Shown: piece by piece, positions 13,710-27,672 of the stretch
How the letters are laid out: each line of letters starts with the position of its first letter
Numbering within the stretch: position 1 is the stretch's first letter
NCBI GenBank assembly: GCA_950097015.1
Contig: CATNEN010000012.1
Span: forward strand, 2,480,001-2,544,000
Length of the DNA: 64,000 bases
Direction: 5' to 3'
Source: Macrostomum hystrix
Taxonomy: Eukaryota > Animalia > Platyhelminthes
Notes under the pieces: generated by a model
The model's database searches: none
Told to the model about the DNA's origin: nothing
What the model saw: only the letters and a program-made list of their open reading frames with translations
Position numbers and translations under genes: made by a program

Positions 13710-15779
13710 GGTGAGACTGCAGCTTATCTAATAGGTGAGACTGCAGCTTATCTAATAGGTGAGACTGCAGCTTATCTAATAGGTGAGACTGCAGCTTATC
13801 TAATAGGTGAGACTGCAGCTTATCTAATAGGTGAGACTGCAGCTTATCTAATAGGTGAGACTGCAGCTTATCTAATAGGTGAGACTGCAGCTTATCTAAT
13901 AGGTGAGACTGCAGCTTATCTAATAGGTGAGACTGCAGCTTATCTAATAGGTGAGACTGCAGCTTATCTAATAGGTGAGACTGCAGCTTATCTATCAGGA
14001 GCATGAGACTGCAGCTTATCTATCAGGTGCATGAGACTGCAGCTTATATATCAGGAGCATGAGACTGCAGCTTATCCATCAGGTGCATGAGACTGCAGCT
14101 TATCTATCAGGTGCATGAGACTGCAGCTTATCCATCAGGAGCATGAGACTGCAGCTTATCAATCAGGTGCATGAGACTGCAGCTTATCTATCAGGTGCAT
14201 GAGACTGCAGCTTATCTATCAGGTGCATGAGACTGCAGCTTATCTATCAGGTGCATGAGACTGCAGCTTATCCATCAGGTGCATGAGACTGCAGCTTATC
14301 TATCAGGTGCATGAGACTGCAGCTTATCTATCAGGTGCATAAGACTGCAGCTTATCTATCAGGTGCATAAGACTGCAGCTTATCTATCAGGTGCATGAGA
14401 CTGCAGCTTATTTCTCAGGTGCATGAGACTGCAGCTTATCTATCAGGTGCATGAGACTGCAGCTTATCTATCAGGTGCATGAGACTGCAGCTTATCTATC
14501 AGGTGCATGAGACTGCAGCTTATCCATCAGGTGCATGAGACTGCAGCTTATCTGTCAGGTGCATGAGACTGCAGCTTATCTATCAGGTGCATGAGACTGC
14601 AGCTTATCTATCAGGTGCATGAGACTGCAGCTTATCTATCAGGTGCATGAGACTGCAGCTTATCTATCAGGTGCATGAGACTGCAGCTTATCTATCAGGA
14701 GCATGAGACTGCAGCTTATCTATCAGGAGCATGAGACTGCAGCTTATCCATCAGGTGCATGAGACTGCAGCTTATCTATCAGGAGCATGAGACTGCAGCT
14801 TATCTATCAGGTGCATGAGACTGCAGCTTATCTATCAGGAGCATGAGACTGCAGCTTATCTATCAGGAGCACGAGACTGCAGCTTATCCATCAGGTGCAT
14901 GAGACTGCAGCTTATCTGTCAGGTGCATGAGACTGCAGCTTATCAATCAGGTGCATGAGACTGCAGCTTATCTATCAGGAGCATGAGACTGCAGCTTATC
15001 TATCAGGAGCATAAGACTGCAGCTTATCTATCAGGTGCATGAGACTGCAGCTTATTTCTCAGGTGCATGAGACTGCAGCTTATCAATCAGGTGCATGAGA
15101 CTGCAGCTTATCTATCAGGAGCATGAGACTGCAGCTTATCAATCAGGTGCATGAGACTGCAGCTTATCTATCAGGAGCATGAGACTGCAGCTTATCTATC
15201 AGGAGCATAAGACTGCAGCTTATCTATCAGGTGCATGAGACTGCAGCTTATTTCTCAGGTGCATGAGACTGCAGCTTATCTGTCAGGTGCATGAGACTGC
15301 AGCTTATCTATCAGGTGCATGAGACTGCAGCTTATCTATCAGGTGCATGAGACTGCAGCTTATCCATCAGGTGCATAAGACTGCAGCTTATCTATCAGGA
15401 GCATGAGACTGCAGCTTATCTATCAGGAGCATGAGACTGCAGCTTATCCATCAGGTGCATGAGACTGCAGCTTATCTATCAGGTGCATGAGACTGCAGCT
15501 TATCTATCAGGAGCATGAGACTGCAGCTTATCTGTCAGGTGCATGAGACTGCAGCTTATCTATCAGGTGCATGAGACTGCAGCTTATCTGTCAGGTGCAT
15601 GAGACTGCAGCTTATCTATAAGGTGCATGAGACTGCAGCTTATCTATCAGGTGTATGAGACTGCAGCTTATTTCTCAGGTGCATGAGACTGCAGCTTATC
15701 TATCAGGTGCATGAGACTGCAGCTTATCTATCAGGAGCATGAGACTGCAGCTTATCTATCAGGAGCATGAGACTGCAGC
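13710..15779. repeat. Compound minisatellite: 24-bp unit (GTGAGACTGCAGCTTATCTAATAG, to about 13990) then 28-bp unit (CATGAGACTGCAGCTTATCTATCAGGTG)
   Basis: Both units share the core GAGACTGCAGCTTATCT. Confidence 0.96.
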
Positions 15780-16763
15780 CAATTCATTAACTTAAAACTA
15801 AGTACACACAGTCAACGGGCCAACCTGAATTATACTCGAAGTTTTTATTCGCTTTAAGCCAAAAAAAACTGCACGGATAAACTGGAGGGTCCAACTTTGT
15901 AATGAAAAAAAACCAGGTTCGCTGGTTCTCCGGCACAACTATGAAGACAGATGCAGTGAGAGAGGTTTGAGGCAGAGGGAGAGAGAGAAGAGAGAGCAGT
16001 AGGTTCGAAATTATTTTTGTAGCGAAATAATTTTCCGCGCCCTTCAAATGTGGCGCATGCGTCGTGAACCCAAAGGCTGCTGCATGCGCGCCAAGGATTT
16101 AAGGGGCGGGGGCTCCTCACGAAGGCGGTACTCTGCATTTCGACTTTATGATTGCCTTCCAGTACTGGTGCGTGCAAATCGAAAGTTGCTCGCGTTAAGA
16201 CTCTCCCGCAATGCGACCCCGGCCGCTATACACCCTTCCCTCATCCAACGAAAAAATCAGAATCGATACATTTGGCTCACTCGAAAAGCCAGTGAGAGAG
16301 AGGGGTGGGAAACTGGGGTAAAAAGGGAGAAAAACACATGCGAAATGTAGCGATTCGCTGTCAGGACTGACGAGAAACGAACGAGAGAGAGAGAGAGCCG
16401 GACCGGCCTTCCGTCTGTCTCTCGCTCTTCTTATTTTCCTTTAGCCACTTGTTTCTAAAGAGAAACACATACACACAGGCAGAGCCAGGCACATTTTGGA
16501 GATCGACATTTAAGACAAACTAAAACGAGTAGTAATAATGCTGGCTGTGCATGTATTTAGGCTGAAACTGAGACTGCAGGTCACAATGTTTTCTTTGGGT
16601 AGGTCAGGTACAATTTAATTCTCCTGTCTAATTCTTCTTTTACTGAAAAAGTATTCCAGTTTTACCTGTGCGTAATAAAGTCCCGAAGTAAATTTAAACT
16701 GTTTCCAAGTGGATATTCTTTATGGGAGAGTTCCTGTTTAGTTTCCAAAGGGTTTTTTAAGTT

Positions 16764-18518
16764 TCGGAGTGGATATTCAGTTTCGGAGTAGATATTCAGT
16801 TTCGGAGTGGATATTCAGTTTCGGAGTGGATGTTCAGTTTCGGAGTGGATGTTCAGTTTCGGAGTGGATGTTCAGTTTCGGAGTGGATATTCAGTTTCGG
16901 AGTGGATGTTCAGTTTCGGAGTGGATATTCAGTTTCGGAGTGGATCTTTAAGTTTCGGAGTGGATGATCAGTTTCGGAGTGGATATTCAGTTTCGGAGTG
17001 GATGTTCAGTTTCGGAGTGGATGTTCAGTTTCGGAGTGGATATTCAGTTTCGGAGTGGATATTCAGTTTCGGAGTGGATATTCAGTTTCGGAGTAGATAT
17101 TCAGTTTCGGAGTGGATATTCAGTTTCGGAGTGGATGTTCAGTTTCGGAGTGGATGTTCAGTTTCGGAGTGGATGTTCAGTTTCGGAGTAGATATTCAGT
17201 TTCGGAGTGGATGTTCAGTTTCGGAGTGGATATTCAGTTTCGGAGTGGATATTCAGTTTCGGAGTGGATGATCAGTTTCGGAGTGGATGTTCAGTTTCGG
17301 AGTGGATGTTCAGTTTCGGAGTGGATGATCAGTTTCGGAGTGGATATTCAGTTTCGGAGTGGATATTCAGTTTCGGAGTGGATGTTCAGTTTCGGAGTGG
17401 ATGTTCAGTTTTGGAGTGGATGTTCAGTTTCGGAGTGGATATTCAGTTTCGGAGTGGATATTCAGTTTCGGAGTGGATATTCAGTTTCGGAGTGGATATT
17501 CAGTTTCGGAGTGGATGTTCAGTTTCGGAGTGGATATTCAGTTTCGGAGTGGATATTCAGTTTCGGAGTGGATGTTCAGTTTCGGAGTGGATGTTCAGTT
17601 TCGGAGTGGATATTCAGTTTCGGAGTGGATATTCAGTTTCGGAGTGGATGTTCAGTTTCGGAGTGGATGTTCAGTTTCGGAGTGGATATTCAGTTTCGGA
17701 GTGGATGTTCAGTTTCGGAGTGGATATTCAGTTTCGGAGTGGATATTCAGTTTCGGAGTGGATGTTCAGTTTCGGAGTGGATGTTCAGTTTCGGAGTGGA
17801 TGTTCAGTTTCGGAATGGATATTCAGTTTCGGAGTGGATGTTCAGTTTCGGAGTGGATGTTCAGTTTCGGAATGGATATTCAGTTTCGGAGTGGATGTTC
17901 AGTTTCGGAGTGGATATTCAGTTTCGGAGTGGATGTTCAGTTTCGGAGTGGATGTTCAGTTTCGGAGTGGATATTCAGTTTCGGAGTGGATATTCAGTTT
18001 CGGAGTGGATATTCAGTTTCGGAGTGGATATTCAGTTTCGGAGTGGATATTCAGTTTCGGAGTGGATATTCAGTTTCGGAGTGGATATTCAGTTTCGGAG
18101 TGGATATTCAGTTTCGGAGTGGATGTTCAGTTTCGGAGTGGATATTCAGTTTCGGAGTGGATATTCAGTTTCGGAGTGGATGTTCAGTTTCGGAGTGGAT
18201 GTTCAGTTTCGGAGTGGATGTTCAGTTTCGGAATGGATATTCAGTTTCGGAGTGGATGTTCAGTTTCGGAGTGGATATTCAGTTTCGGAGTGGATGTTCA
18301 GTTTCGGAGTGGATGTTCAGTTTCGGAGGGGATGTTCAGTTTCGGAGTGGATATTCAGTTTCGGAGGGGATGTTCAGTTTCGGAATGGATATTCAGTTTC
18401 GGAGTGGATGTTCAGTTTCGGAGGGGATGTTCAGTTTCGGAGTGGATATTCAGTTTCGGAGTGGATGTTCAGTTTCGGAGGGGATGTTCAGTTTCGGAGT
18501 GGATGTTCAGTTTCGGAG
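16764..18518. repeat. 19-bp minisatellite (GGAGTGGATATTCAGTTTC)
   Basis: About 90 units; source of the SEWMFSFGVDIQFRSG ORFs. Confidence 0.97.
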
Positions 18519-19065
18519 AGCTTAGGTGCGGTCCTATTGCGGACCAGTTAATCTATAAAATGCAGGTGAGTTTAGTGTAAATTTTCTTGACTATTTTTAA
18601 TACCGATTGCAGACATTGCAGACAGTTATTGGTATGTATTACGTATTTTGCTGACCAAAATCTAGGGTATTGTTTGGAGGGATGGTGATCTAAGTCCTGC
18701 CTTATATTTTTCCTTCGTGTCTGAATCTGGCCTGAAGACACGAGGAAAAGCGGTTTAATGCGATAGTGATAGATTTTCGTGAGGAGGGCAAGCTTGTCTT
18801 CCTTTTCTTTCCTTGAATAATCCTACTGAATATGTCCCTCATATTTTCTGCTGCTTCCAAGCCAAACTGCGCAGCGGAAGTACAAGCAGGGCTTGATCAT
18901 TTGGTGCATTCGGGAATATAACTTTGGATATTGTCATTTTGCTGCGGGAGCTTCAGGGTCCGACATTTGGGTGCAAGTCGGTGTTTGGCAGCCTCGTTTG
19001 CATCGCGATCCAGACTGAGATTGCAAAAGACAAACTTGAAATTGCAAGAGATGAGGCGGCAGAGG

Positions 19066-19812
19066 AGAGATGAGATGAGGGAAGAGATGAGACAGGGGAG
19101 AGATGAGACGGGGGAAGAGATGAGACAGGGGAGAGATGAGATGGGGGGAAGAGATGAGACGGGGGAGAGATGAGACGGGGGAGAGATGAGACAGGGGAGA
19201 GATGAGACTGGAGAGAGATGAGATGGGGGGAGATGAGACTGGAGAGAGATGAGACAGGAGAGAGATGAGACAGGGGAGAGATGAGACAGGAGAGAGATGA
19301 GACAGGGGAGAGATGAGACGGGGGAGATGAGACGGGGGAGAGATGAGACGGGGGAGAATTGAGAAAGGCAGGGGAGAGATGAGACGGGGAGAGCGATGAG
19401 ACGGGGGGAGAGATGAGACGGGGGGAGAGATGAGACGGGGGAGAGATGAGACGGGGGAGAGATGAGACAGGGGAGAGATGAGACTGGAGAGAGATGAGAT
19501 GGGGGGAGATGAGACTGGAGAGAGATAAGACAGGAGAGAGATGAGACAGGGGAGAGATGAGATGGGGAGAGATGAGATGGGGGAGATGAGACGGGGAAGA
19601 TGAGACGGGGGAGAGATGAGACAGGGCAGAGATGAGAAAGGCAGGGGAGAGATGAGACGGGGAGAGCGATGAGACGGGGGAGAGATGAGACGGGGGAGAG
19701 ATGAGACGAGGGAGAGATGAGACGGGGGAGAGATGAGACGGGGGGAGAGATGAGACAGGAGAGAGATGAGACAGGAGAGAGATGAGACAAGAGAGAGATG
19801 AGACAGGGGAGA
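19066..19812. repeat. Purine-rich degenerate repeat (GAGATGAGAC + G/A run, about 15-16 bp)
   Basis: Nearly pure G/A on the + strand with recurring GAGATGAGA. Confidence 0.92.
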
Positions 19813-20687
19813 CTGGGGTGTTGGGATAGGTTGAAATTAAGTCAGAGATTGAGACAGTGAAGGGAATAGAGAGGAAAGATGATAAGCAGGATAAGGTGGA
19901 TAATAGGAGTTTTGCGTAGACAATTTAGAGAGGAAACTTTTGCGGGGAGTCAAGAGATACAAAGGTTTGTTAAAGAGGATGATCAGACGTGATTAAGAAG
20001 AGGAAGGAATGTGTTAAGGGACCCGAATGAGACCGTGACGGATCACGGATATTAGCTACACAATCAATTATTGAGTTGGCATGGCCCTTAGTGGTTAGCG
20101 GAAGATTCACCTCTACATAAAGTTAATTAGTCACTTAGCAATGTACCATCATGGATTTACCTTGAATCTTTTGAAAATTCTCGGCCTGCAATCACCAGGA
20201 CCTGTCTATAGCAAGATTCCTTCTTTTTTGTTTGCTTTTGTCAGTCTTTTTGTTTAATTTCCCAACCGAATTGAAATCCCACGCAGATGAGGGACGGGAG
20301 TTGCCACACGACCTGGAGCAGCGAGGGCCGTCCTGTGCGGAAATTGCCTCACCAAATGCATAAAGGCTACATTCGGTGTATGGGAGTTTGTATAAGCATG
20401 CTCGATTCTGGAGCAAAGAGATCCCATCCGGGGCAACAAGGTTCGGTTGCCATGACGATGAGGAGCGGCGAAGAGATTGCAAAGAAATAAATGCCTATTT
20501 GATTTTGATGAATTGTTTGTGGCAGGAAAGTAGGTCTGCCTACAGTGTCCCTCTAAAAGGTTGTTGTTGACTTCCACTCACCACCGTGTTTGTTATATTA
20601 ATGGGATCGCTTTTTATAATTTTTTTAAATTGCTGCTAAATTGATGCAAACTTTCCATATTTTCCTTTTCCAATTGCTTTTACTAGT

Positions 20688-20962
<275 letters not shown>

Positions 20963-21445
20963 TCCTTATCCTTGATGGAGGATAAACTTATTAAGGCCGG
21001 CTGCAGCACAACAGGTACCTGAAGGTGCCAAACTATAAGAAAGTGATGCATAAACTTGCAGGCAGTGATTTGGTGGTGTTCGGTGTTGTCCACAATCTGG
21101 GACAGTCGCTCCTATACATTGGCCTGAGTGATGGAATCGCAGACGGGGCGCAGACAGACGGACTAGCGGAATGGATGGATAAGGGGGATATTGAACTTGC
21201 TTGCAGTGCTGCATCATATCCTGTTTCCTGTTTGATTTGCAGCCAGCCTAATCTTATACATGTATAATATGCATACTCACCTGAGTGCCACCTGCAGTAC
21301 GAAAGAATACCTACAGTGCTATAGGTGTCAAAACTCAATTCCGATTTTGTTTTGCAATTTCGATACGATGTCTGTAATGCATGCAATTACTGCGTAAGGC
21401 ATATTTCATATCAACTGGCTACCATATTGGGTAACTTACTGCCAG

Positions 21446-21772
21446 GATGTGAGAGGATCAGTGGAGGATGTGAGAGGATCAGTGGAGGATGTGAGAGGAT
21501 CAGTGGAGGATGTGAGAGGATCAGTGGAGGATGTGAGAGGATCAGTGGAGGATGTGAGAGGAAAGTACAGGATGTGAGAGGATCAGTGGAGGATGTGAGA
21601 GGATCAGTGGAGGATGTGAGAGGATCAGTGGAGGATGTGAGAGGATCAGTGGAGGATGTGAGAGGATCAGTGGAGGATGTGAGAGGATCAGTGGAGGATG
21701 TGAGAGGATCAGTGGAGGATGTGAGAGGATCAGTGGAGGATGTGAGAGGATCAGTGGAGGCTGTGAGAGGAT
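21446..21772. repeat. 21-bp minisatellite (GGATGTGAGAGGATCAGTGGA)
   Basis: About 15 units with one interruption near 21560. Confidence 0.95.
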
Positions 21773-22395
21773 TTTAGAACATGGGTGGTATAGTATGAGC
21801 ATTTGGTAAGATTCTCAATTCATCGCGAAAGGCAATGCAAGAAAGCCCCATGCTGAACAGCAGCTCACTGGAAGGCTTGTAAGCTAGAGGGAACCCGACG
21901 GAGCTCAATCGGCTCCTATTGGCTGGCGCTCGATAGCCCACCCCAACTCCGGCCGCAGTCGCGGCGGTCGCGCGCGTCTGCGCAGTTTAAGGCAGCGGCA
22001 GAGAGCAAATATGCAGACAGAAGCCAGAAAGCATTGAGCCGCCGTCCCACCGCTCTGTCAGTGATTAAATCGAGCGCAGCCAGGTAGTATTAGTAGCGGA
22101 AAAAATTTGCTCGCCGATACGAAAACCAAAACAGGCGTTTCAAGGCAACAATCCTCACTAGCAGCCAAAAAGCTAAACAACAAAAGAAGCAATACAAGCA
22201 ATATTAGGCGGCAGCACTCCAGTTGTTGCAATCTGGTGTAGCCATTTCCAACCCGACCCTGCAGGCCAACTCCACTGTACAGTTTTTAGGCCCGCCAAGT
22301 GCTTCAATACTTCCTTCTGAAATAGTGTTTTCCCTCTCCTTGAGGCATTGAGTGTATTCAAATTTGGGATAGACCCCAGCGCAGCTCCGCGGCCT

Positions 22396-22430
22396 CTATA
22401 TATAAATTAGGCATTAAGTAAATTCAGCTT
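22396..22430 (+). promoter_or_regulatory. Candidate TATA box (CTATATATAAAT) and initiator-like TCAGC upstream of the Dmrt ATG
   Basis: TATA run at 22396-22407, TCAGC about 29 nt downstream, ATG at 22443. Confidence 0.4.
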
Positions 22431-22442
22431 TTCCCTCTCAGT

Positions 22443-25400
22443 ATGGAGGCGAGATCGACTGATGGTGCAACCAGGGCGCTGCATTTCAACCAGGCCGCTG
22501 ATCGGTAAGTATGTGGGGCGGATTGTAATCAGGGGTTGTCTATGCGGGGGCGGATTGTAATTAGGGTTGTCGATACTGGGAAGCGGGTTGTAATCAGGGT
22601 TGTTCAGCCGGGGGGGCGGATTTTAATCAGGGTTGTCCAGCTGGGGAGCGGATTGTAATCAGGGCTTGTCGGTACTGGGGAGCGGATTGTCATCAGGGGT
22701 TGTCGATACTGGGGAGCGGATTGTAATCAGGTTGTCCGGCCAGTTGGGAGCGGATTGTAATCAGGGTTGTCCATCCAGTTGGGAGCGGATTGTAATCAGG
22801 GTTGTCCATCCAGTTGGGAGCGGATTGTAATCAGGGTTGTCCGGCCAGTTGGGAGCGGATTGTAATCAGGGTTGTCCGGCCAGTTGGGAGCGGATTGTAA
22901 TCAGGGTTGTCCGGCCAGTTGGGAGCGGATTGTAATCAGGGTTGTCCGGCCAGTTGGGAGCGGATTGTAATCAGGGTTGTCCGGCCAGTTGGGAGCGGAT
23001 TGAAATCAGGGTTGTCCGGCCAGTTGGGAGCGGATTGAAATCAGGGCTGTCCGGCCAGTTGGGAGCGGATTGTAATCAGGGCTGTCCATCCAGTTGGGAG
23101 CGGATTGTAATCAGGGTTGTCCAGCTAGTTGGGAGCGGATTGTAATCAGGGTTGTCCGGCCAGTTGGGAGCGGATTGTAATCAGGGTTGTCCGGCCAGTT
23201 GGGAGCGGATTGAAATCAGGGTTGTCCGGCCAGTTGGGAGCGGATTGAAATCAGGGCTGTCCGGCCAGTTGGGAGCGGATTGTAATCAGGGCTGTCCATC
23301 CAGTTGGGAGCGGATTGTAATCAGGGTTGTCCAGCTAGTTGGGAGCGGATTGTAATCAGGGTTGTCCGGCCAGTTGGGAGCGGATTGTAATCAGGGTTGT
23401 CCAGCTAGTTGGGAGTGGATTGTAATCAGGGTTGTCCGGCCAGTTGGGAGCGGATTGTAATCAGGGTTGTCCAGCTAGTTGGGAGCGGATTGTAATCAGG
23501 GTTGTCCGGCCAGTTGGGAGCGGATTGTAATCAGGGTTGTCCAGCTAGTTGGGAGCGGATTGTAATCAGGGCTGTCCGGCCAGTTGGGAGCGGATTGTAA
23601 TCAGGGTTGTCCGGCCAGTTGGGAGCGGATTGTAATCAGGGTTGTCCGGCCAGTTGGGAGCGGATTGTAATCAGGGTTGTCCAGCTAGTTGGGAGCGGAT
23701 TGTAATCAGGGTTGTCCAGCTAGTTGGTAGCGGATTGTAATCAGGGTTGTCCAGCTAGTTGGTAGCGGATTGTAATCAGGGTTGTCCAGCTAGTTGGGAG
23801 CGGATTGTAATCAGGGTTGTCCAGCTAGTTGGGAGCGGATTGTAATCAGGGTTGTCCAGCTTTGATGTGAATGCTTTGGTAATTAAGTCAGGATTGTTCT
23901 ATAAAATTGGATATCGTGTTTTTCAAAGCGGACGCTGAGATTAACCAGCACGCAATTGACTTTGAAAATTTCAATAAGCATCGGGCAAGACTCATTATCA
24001 TTCATTCATTAAAAGAAATGAGAATTTAGTCGCACATATATGAATGTGGAGCATCAGGTTGTTTGAAACAAAGGTTGACACGTGCAGATAAGCGAATTGA
24101 ATCAATCGCTTATATGTTTCGTTTATTTATTACACTGGTCCATTCATGCCGACTATAATACGCTTCTCAAACCCTAGACTGACAGGGCAAAGTCTTTTTT
24201 AAATCTTATTTTATGTTTTTTCCCATCTTCTTCCCCCGAGGGAAGGACTGGGAGATTTCTGGAGTATTAGGGCAAGCTGTTATAGGGATAATACTATATT
24301 AAGGATGGATTTATTAACTACTGGACAGGTGTGTCTGTGGCTGAAAAAACATCAGGGGTTCAAAGCTTCAAAGCTTCTGAATTCTGTGAATGATGCCTTT
24401 CTTCTATCCACTCTCAATAGTGGATAGCGAGTTATAGACTTGATTTATAGATATATAGATTTGACCGTCGCAAAAGATCAGGCTAAATCGTAAATAATGA
24501 TGTCATGCGGTCAAAGCTATATTTCAGCTACGAGTATAAGAGTAAAAAGGTAAATAATCAGGTATATATGTAAGCAGGTGTTGTGTCGCCTCTTGTGTCA
24601 CTTGATCTGTCCTATATAAGCTAGGAAAAAACGCTGTCATCCAATACTTTTCGTTTCGTGTAAAATAATCCCATACCTATATGGTCTGTCGGAATTTCCA
24701 CCCGGAACACCAGACCCAACAATAGCGTATATAATTAGTACATCAGCAGCAGCAGCGAAAGCAGCAGTGCAGAGCCTTGTTAAGAAGATGACTTTTTCAT
24801 TTATACACACATGCGCTAGTTAAAACAATAAAATATTTTGCCATTTTCCTGAACTACTCCGATGACAAATATACCTGTGTGACCTTGCAGCTCCAATTTA
24901 ATTAATGACGCATGTAAAATCCCTTATTTATTCCTTACACCCACCTTACCTTTAGCGGTGTGCATTTTTCCGATCCCCCAGTGCGGAGCCTCCGCCATCC
25001 ACAGCGCCACTTTCCGACCCCCAGTGCGGAACCTCCGCCATCCACAGCGCCACTTTCCGACCCCCAGTGCGGAGCCTCCGCCATCCACAGCGCCACTTTC
25101 CGACCCCCAGTGCGGAGCCTCCGCCATCTACAGCGCCACTTTCCGACTCCCAGAGCGGAGCATCCGCCATCCACAGCGCCACTTTCCGATCCCCCAGAGC
25201 GGAACCTCCGCCATCCACAGCGCCACTTTCCGACCCCCAGTGCGGAGCCTCCGCCATCCACAGCGCCACTTTCCGACCCCCAGTGCGGAGCCTCCGCCAT
25301 CTACAGCGCCACTTTCCGACCCCCAGAGCGGAGCATCCGCCATCCACAGCGCCACTTTCCGATCCCCCAGAGCGGAACCTCCGCCATCCACAGCGCCACT

Positions 25401-27614
25401 TTCCAAACACCAGTGCGGAACCTCCGCCACTCACAGCGCCACTTTCCGATCCCCGAGTGCTGAGCCTCAGCCATCCACGCATTCCTTAAACAGCAGAAAG
25501 TCGGCGTCAAGTAACGCGGCGCCATTGTCGGCTGCGGAAACAGGCACATTGGTGAACAGAAAGCAATATTTCTGCCGCAAGTGCAAAAGTCACGGCTTCA
25601 GCATTAGCGTGAAGGGCCACAAGCGCCATTGCAGCTTCAAGGTGTGCAAGTGCCCGAAGTGCAGCCTAGTTGACCACGGCCGCAAAATTGTTGCGCAACA
25701 GATCAGCAACTACAGGAAGCAGAGAAGCGAGGACATTCAGCAGCTGGCCACGGTGGCCGCTGCCAAGGGCCTATCGCCGCAGTTCCTGCTTGGTGAGTTG
25801 AGCTTATTTAACATAATTTAAATGTATTATGCTACTTTTAGTAAACGTTACGGCCTGCTTGATTGCAATGAATTTCAAAAGGAAGCAAGTAAGCATTTTG
25901 GCTAAGGAATTGAGAATTTAACAGAAACTGGCAGGTAAATGGTGTACTTATCTATGGAGCCTGACAGTGAGAATGGCGCCCTAGTCAAAAGAACCTGACA
26001 TGAAAGTGGCACCTTTGTCTAGAAGTAGGTTGACAAAGTGTTTCTCTTATCAGGAAACTGAGGGTTCCTGTTACTGCCTGCAGTCTCTAACTGACCTGAG
26101 TTATCCACCTGCAGGCAACTCGCCCCACTGCCGCCGATGCCGCAACCACGGCAAGACGGTGCTGTGGAAGGGTCACAAGAAGCGATGCCCCCATGCAGTG
26201 TGCATCTGTGACAGCTGCTCGCTCATTGCTCTGCGCAAGGCCAATGACAAAACGCTGAGAGAGGAGAGCATGATGCAGCGACAGCAGCAGCAGCATCAGC
26301 AGCAGCAGCAGCATCAGCAGCAGCAGCAGCAGCTACAGTTGCAGGAGCAGCAGCAGCAGCATTATCCAGCGCCGGCAAGTTTCAAACGGTTTCAAGACCC
26401 GCTGAACGATGACAAGAAACTGCTGGAAAGCAGCTACGACCTTTACCAGTACCAGCAGCAGCATCAGCAGCTTCTGCAGCATCTGCACCTGGCAACAGAA
26501 TCTTCTGATATGAAGCAAAGAATCCCTGTAAAAGCAGAATCTAACGAGTCCTTCGAGGGATCCAGCACAGATGCAGGTGAGGGGAAGTTTATGCATTATT
26601 TTACAACCAGTGCGGAGCCTCCGCCATCCACAGCGCCACTTTCCGACCCCCAGTGCGGAGCCTCCGCCATCCACAGCGCCACTTTCCGACCCCCAGTGCG
26701 GAGCCTCCGCCATCCACAGCGCCACTTTCCGACCCCCAGTGCGGAGCCTCCGCCATCCACAGCGCCACTTTCCAATCCCCCAGTGCGGAGCCTCCGCCAT
26801 CCACAGCGCCACTTTCCGACCCCCAGTGCGGAGCCTCCGCCATCCACAGCGCCACTTTCCGACCCCCAGTGCGGAACCTCCGCCATCCACAGCGCCACTT
26901 TCCGACCCCCAGTGCGGAGCCTCCGCCATCCACAGCGCCACTTTCCGACCCCCAGAGCGGAACCTCCGCCATCCACAGCGCCACTTTCCGATCCCCCAGA
27001 GCGGAACCTCCGCCATCCACAGCGCCACTTTCCGATCCCCCAGTGCTGAACCTCCGCCATCCACAACGCCACTTTCCGACCCCCAGTGCGGAGCCTCCGC
27101 CATCCACAGCGCCACTTTCCGATCCCCCAGTGCTGAACCTCCGCCATCCACAGAGCCACTTTCCGATCCCCCAGAGCGGAACCTCCGCCATCCACAGCGC
27201 CACTTTCCGATCCCCCAGTGCTGAACCTCCGCCATCCACAGCGTCACTTTCCAAACCCCAGAGCAGAACCTCCGCCATCCACAGCGCCACTTTCCGATCC
27301 CCCAGAGCGGAACCTCCGCCATCCACAGCGTCACTTTCCAACCCCCAGAGCAGAACCTCCGCCATCCACAGCGCCACTTTCCGATCCCCCAGTGCTGAAC
27401 CACAGCGCCTACCCAAGTTCGTGCAGAAAGTGGATGTTAAGCAGAACAATTCAGAATTTAAAAAATTGTCATTTGATAATAAATCTCTAGAGCAAAGCGA
27501 AATTTAAACTTTAGCGCTAAACTCAACGACTCAATTGTTCAGGAAACGCCAGTTTGTCATCAGAGTACCACTTTTACTCCGGTAGAAGTGATGTCACAGC
27601 AGTCGCTTCTGCCT

Positions 27615-27672
<58 letters not shown>

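Noticed and set aside
16040-16500. GC/CpG-richer island with GCGCATGCG motifs, possibly a promoter for the SH3 gene
   Set aside because: No linkable exon or transcript evidence from sequence alone.
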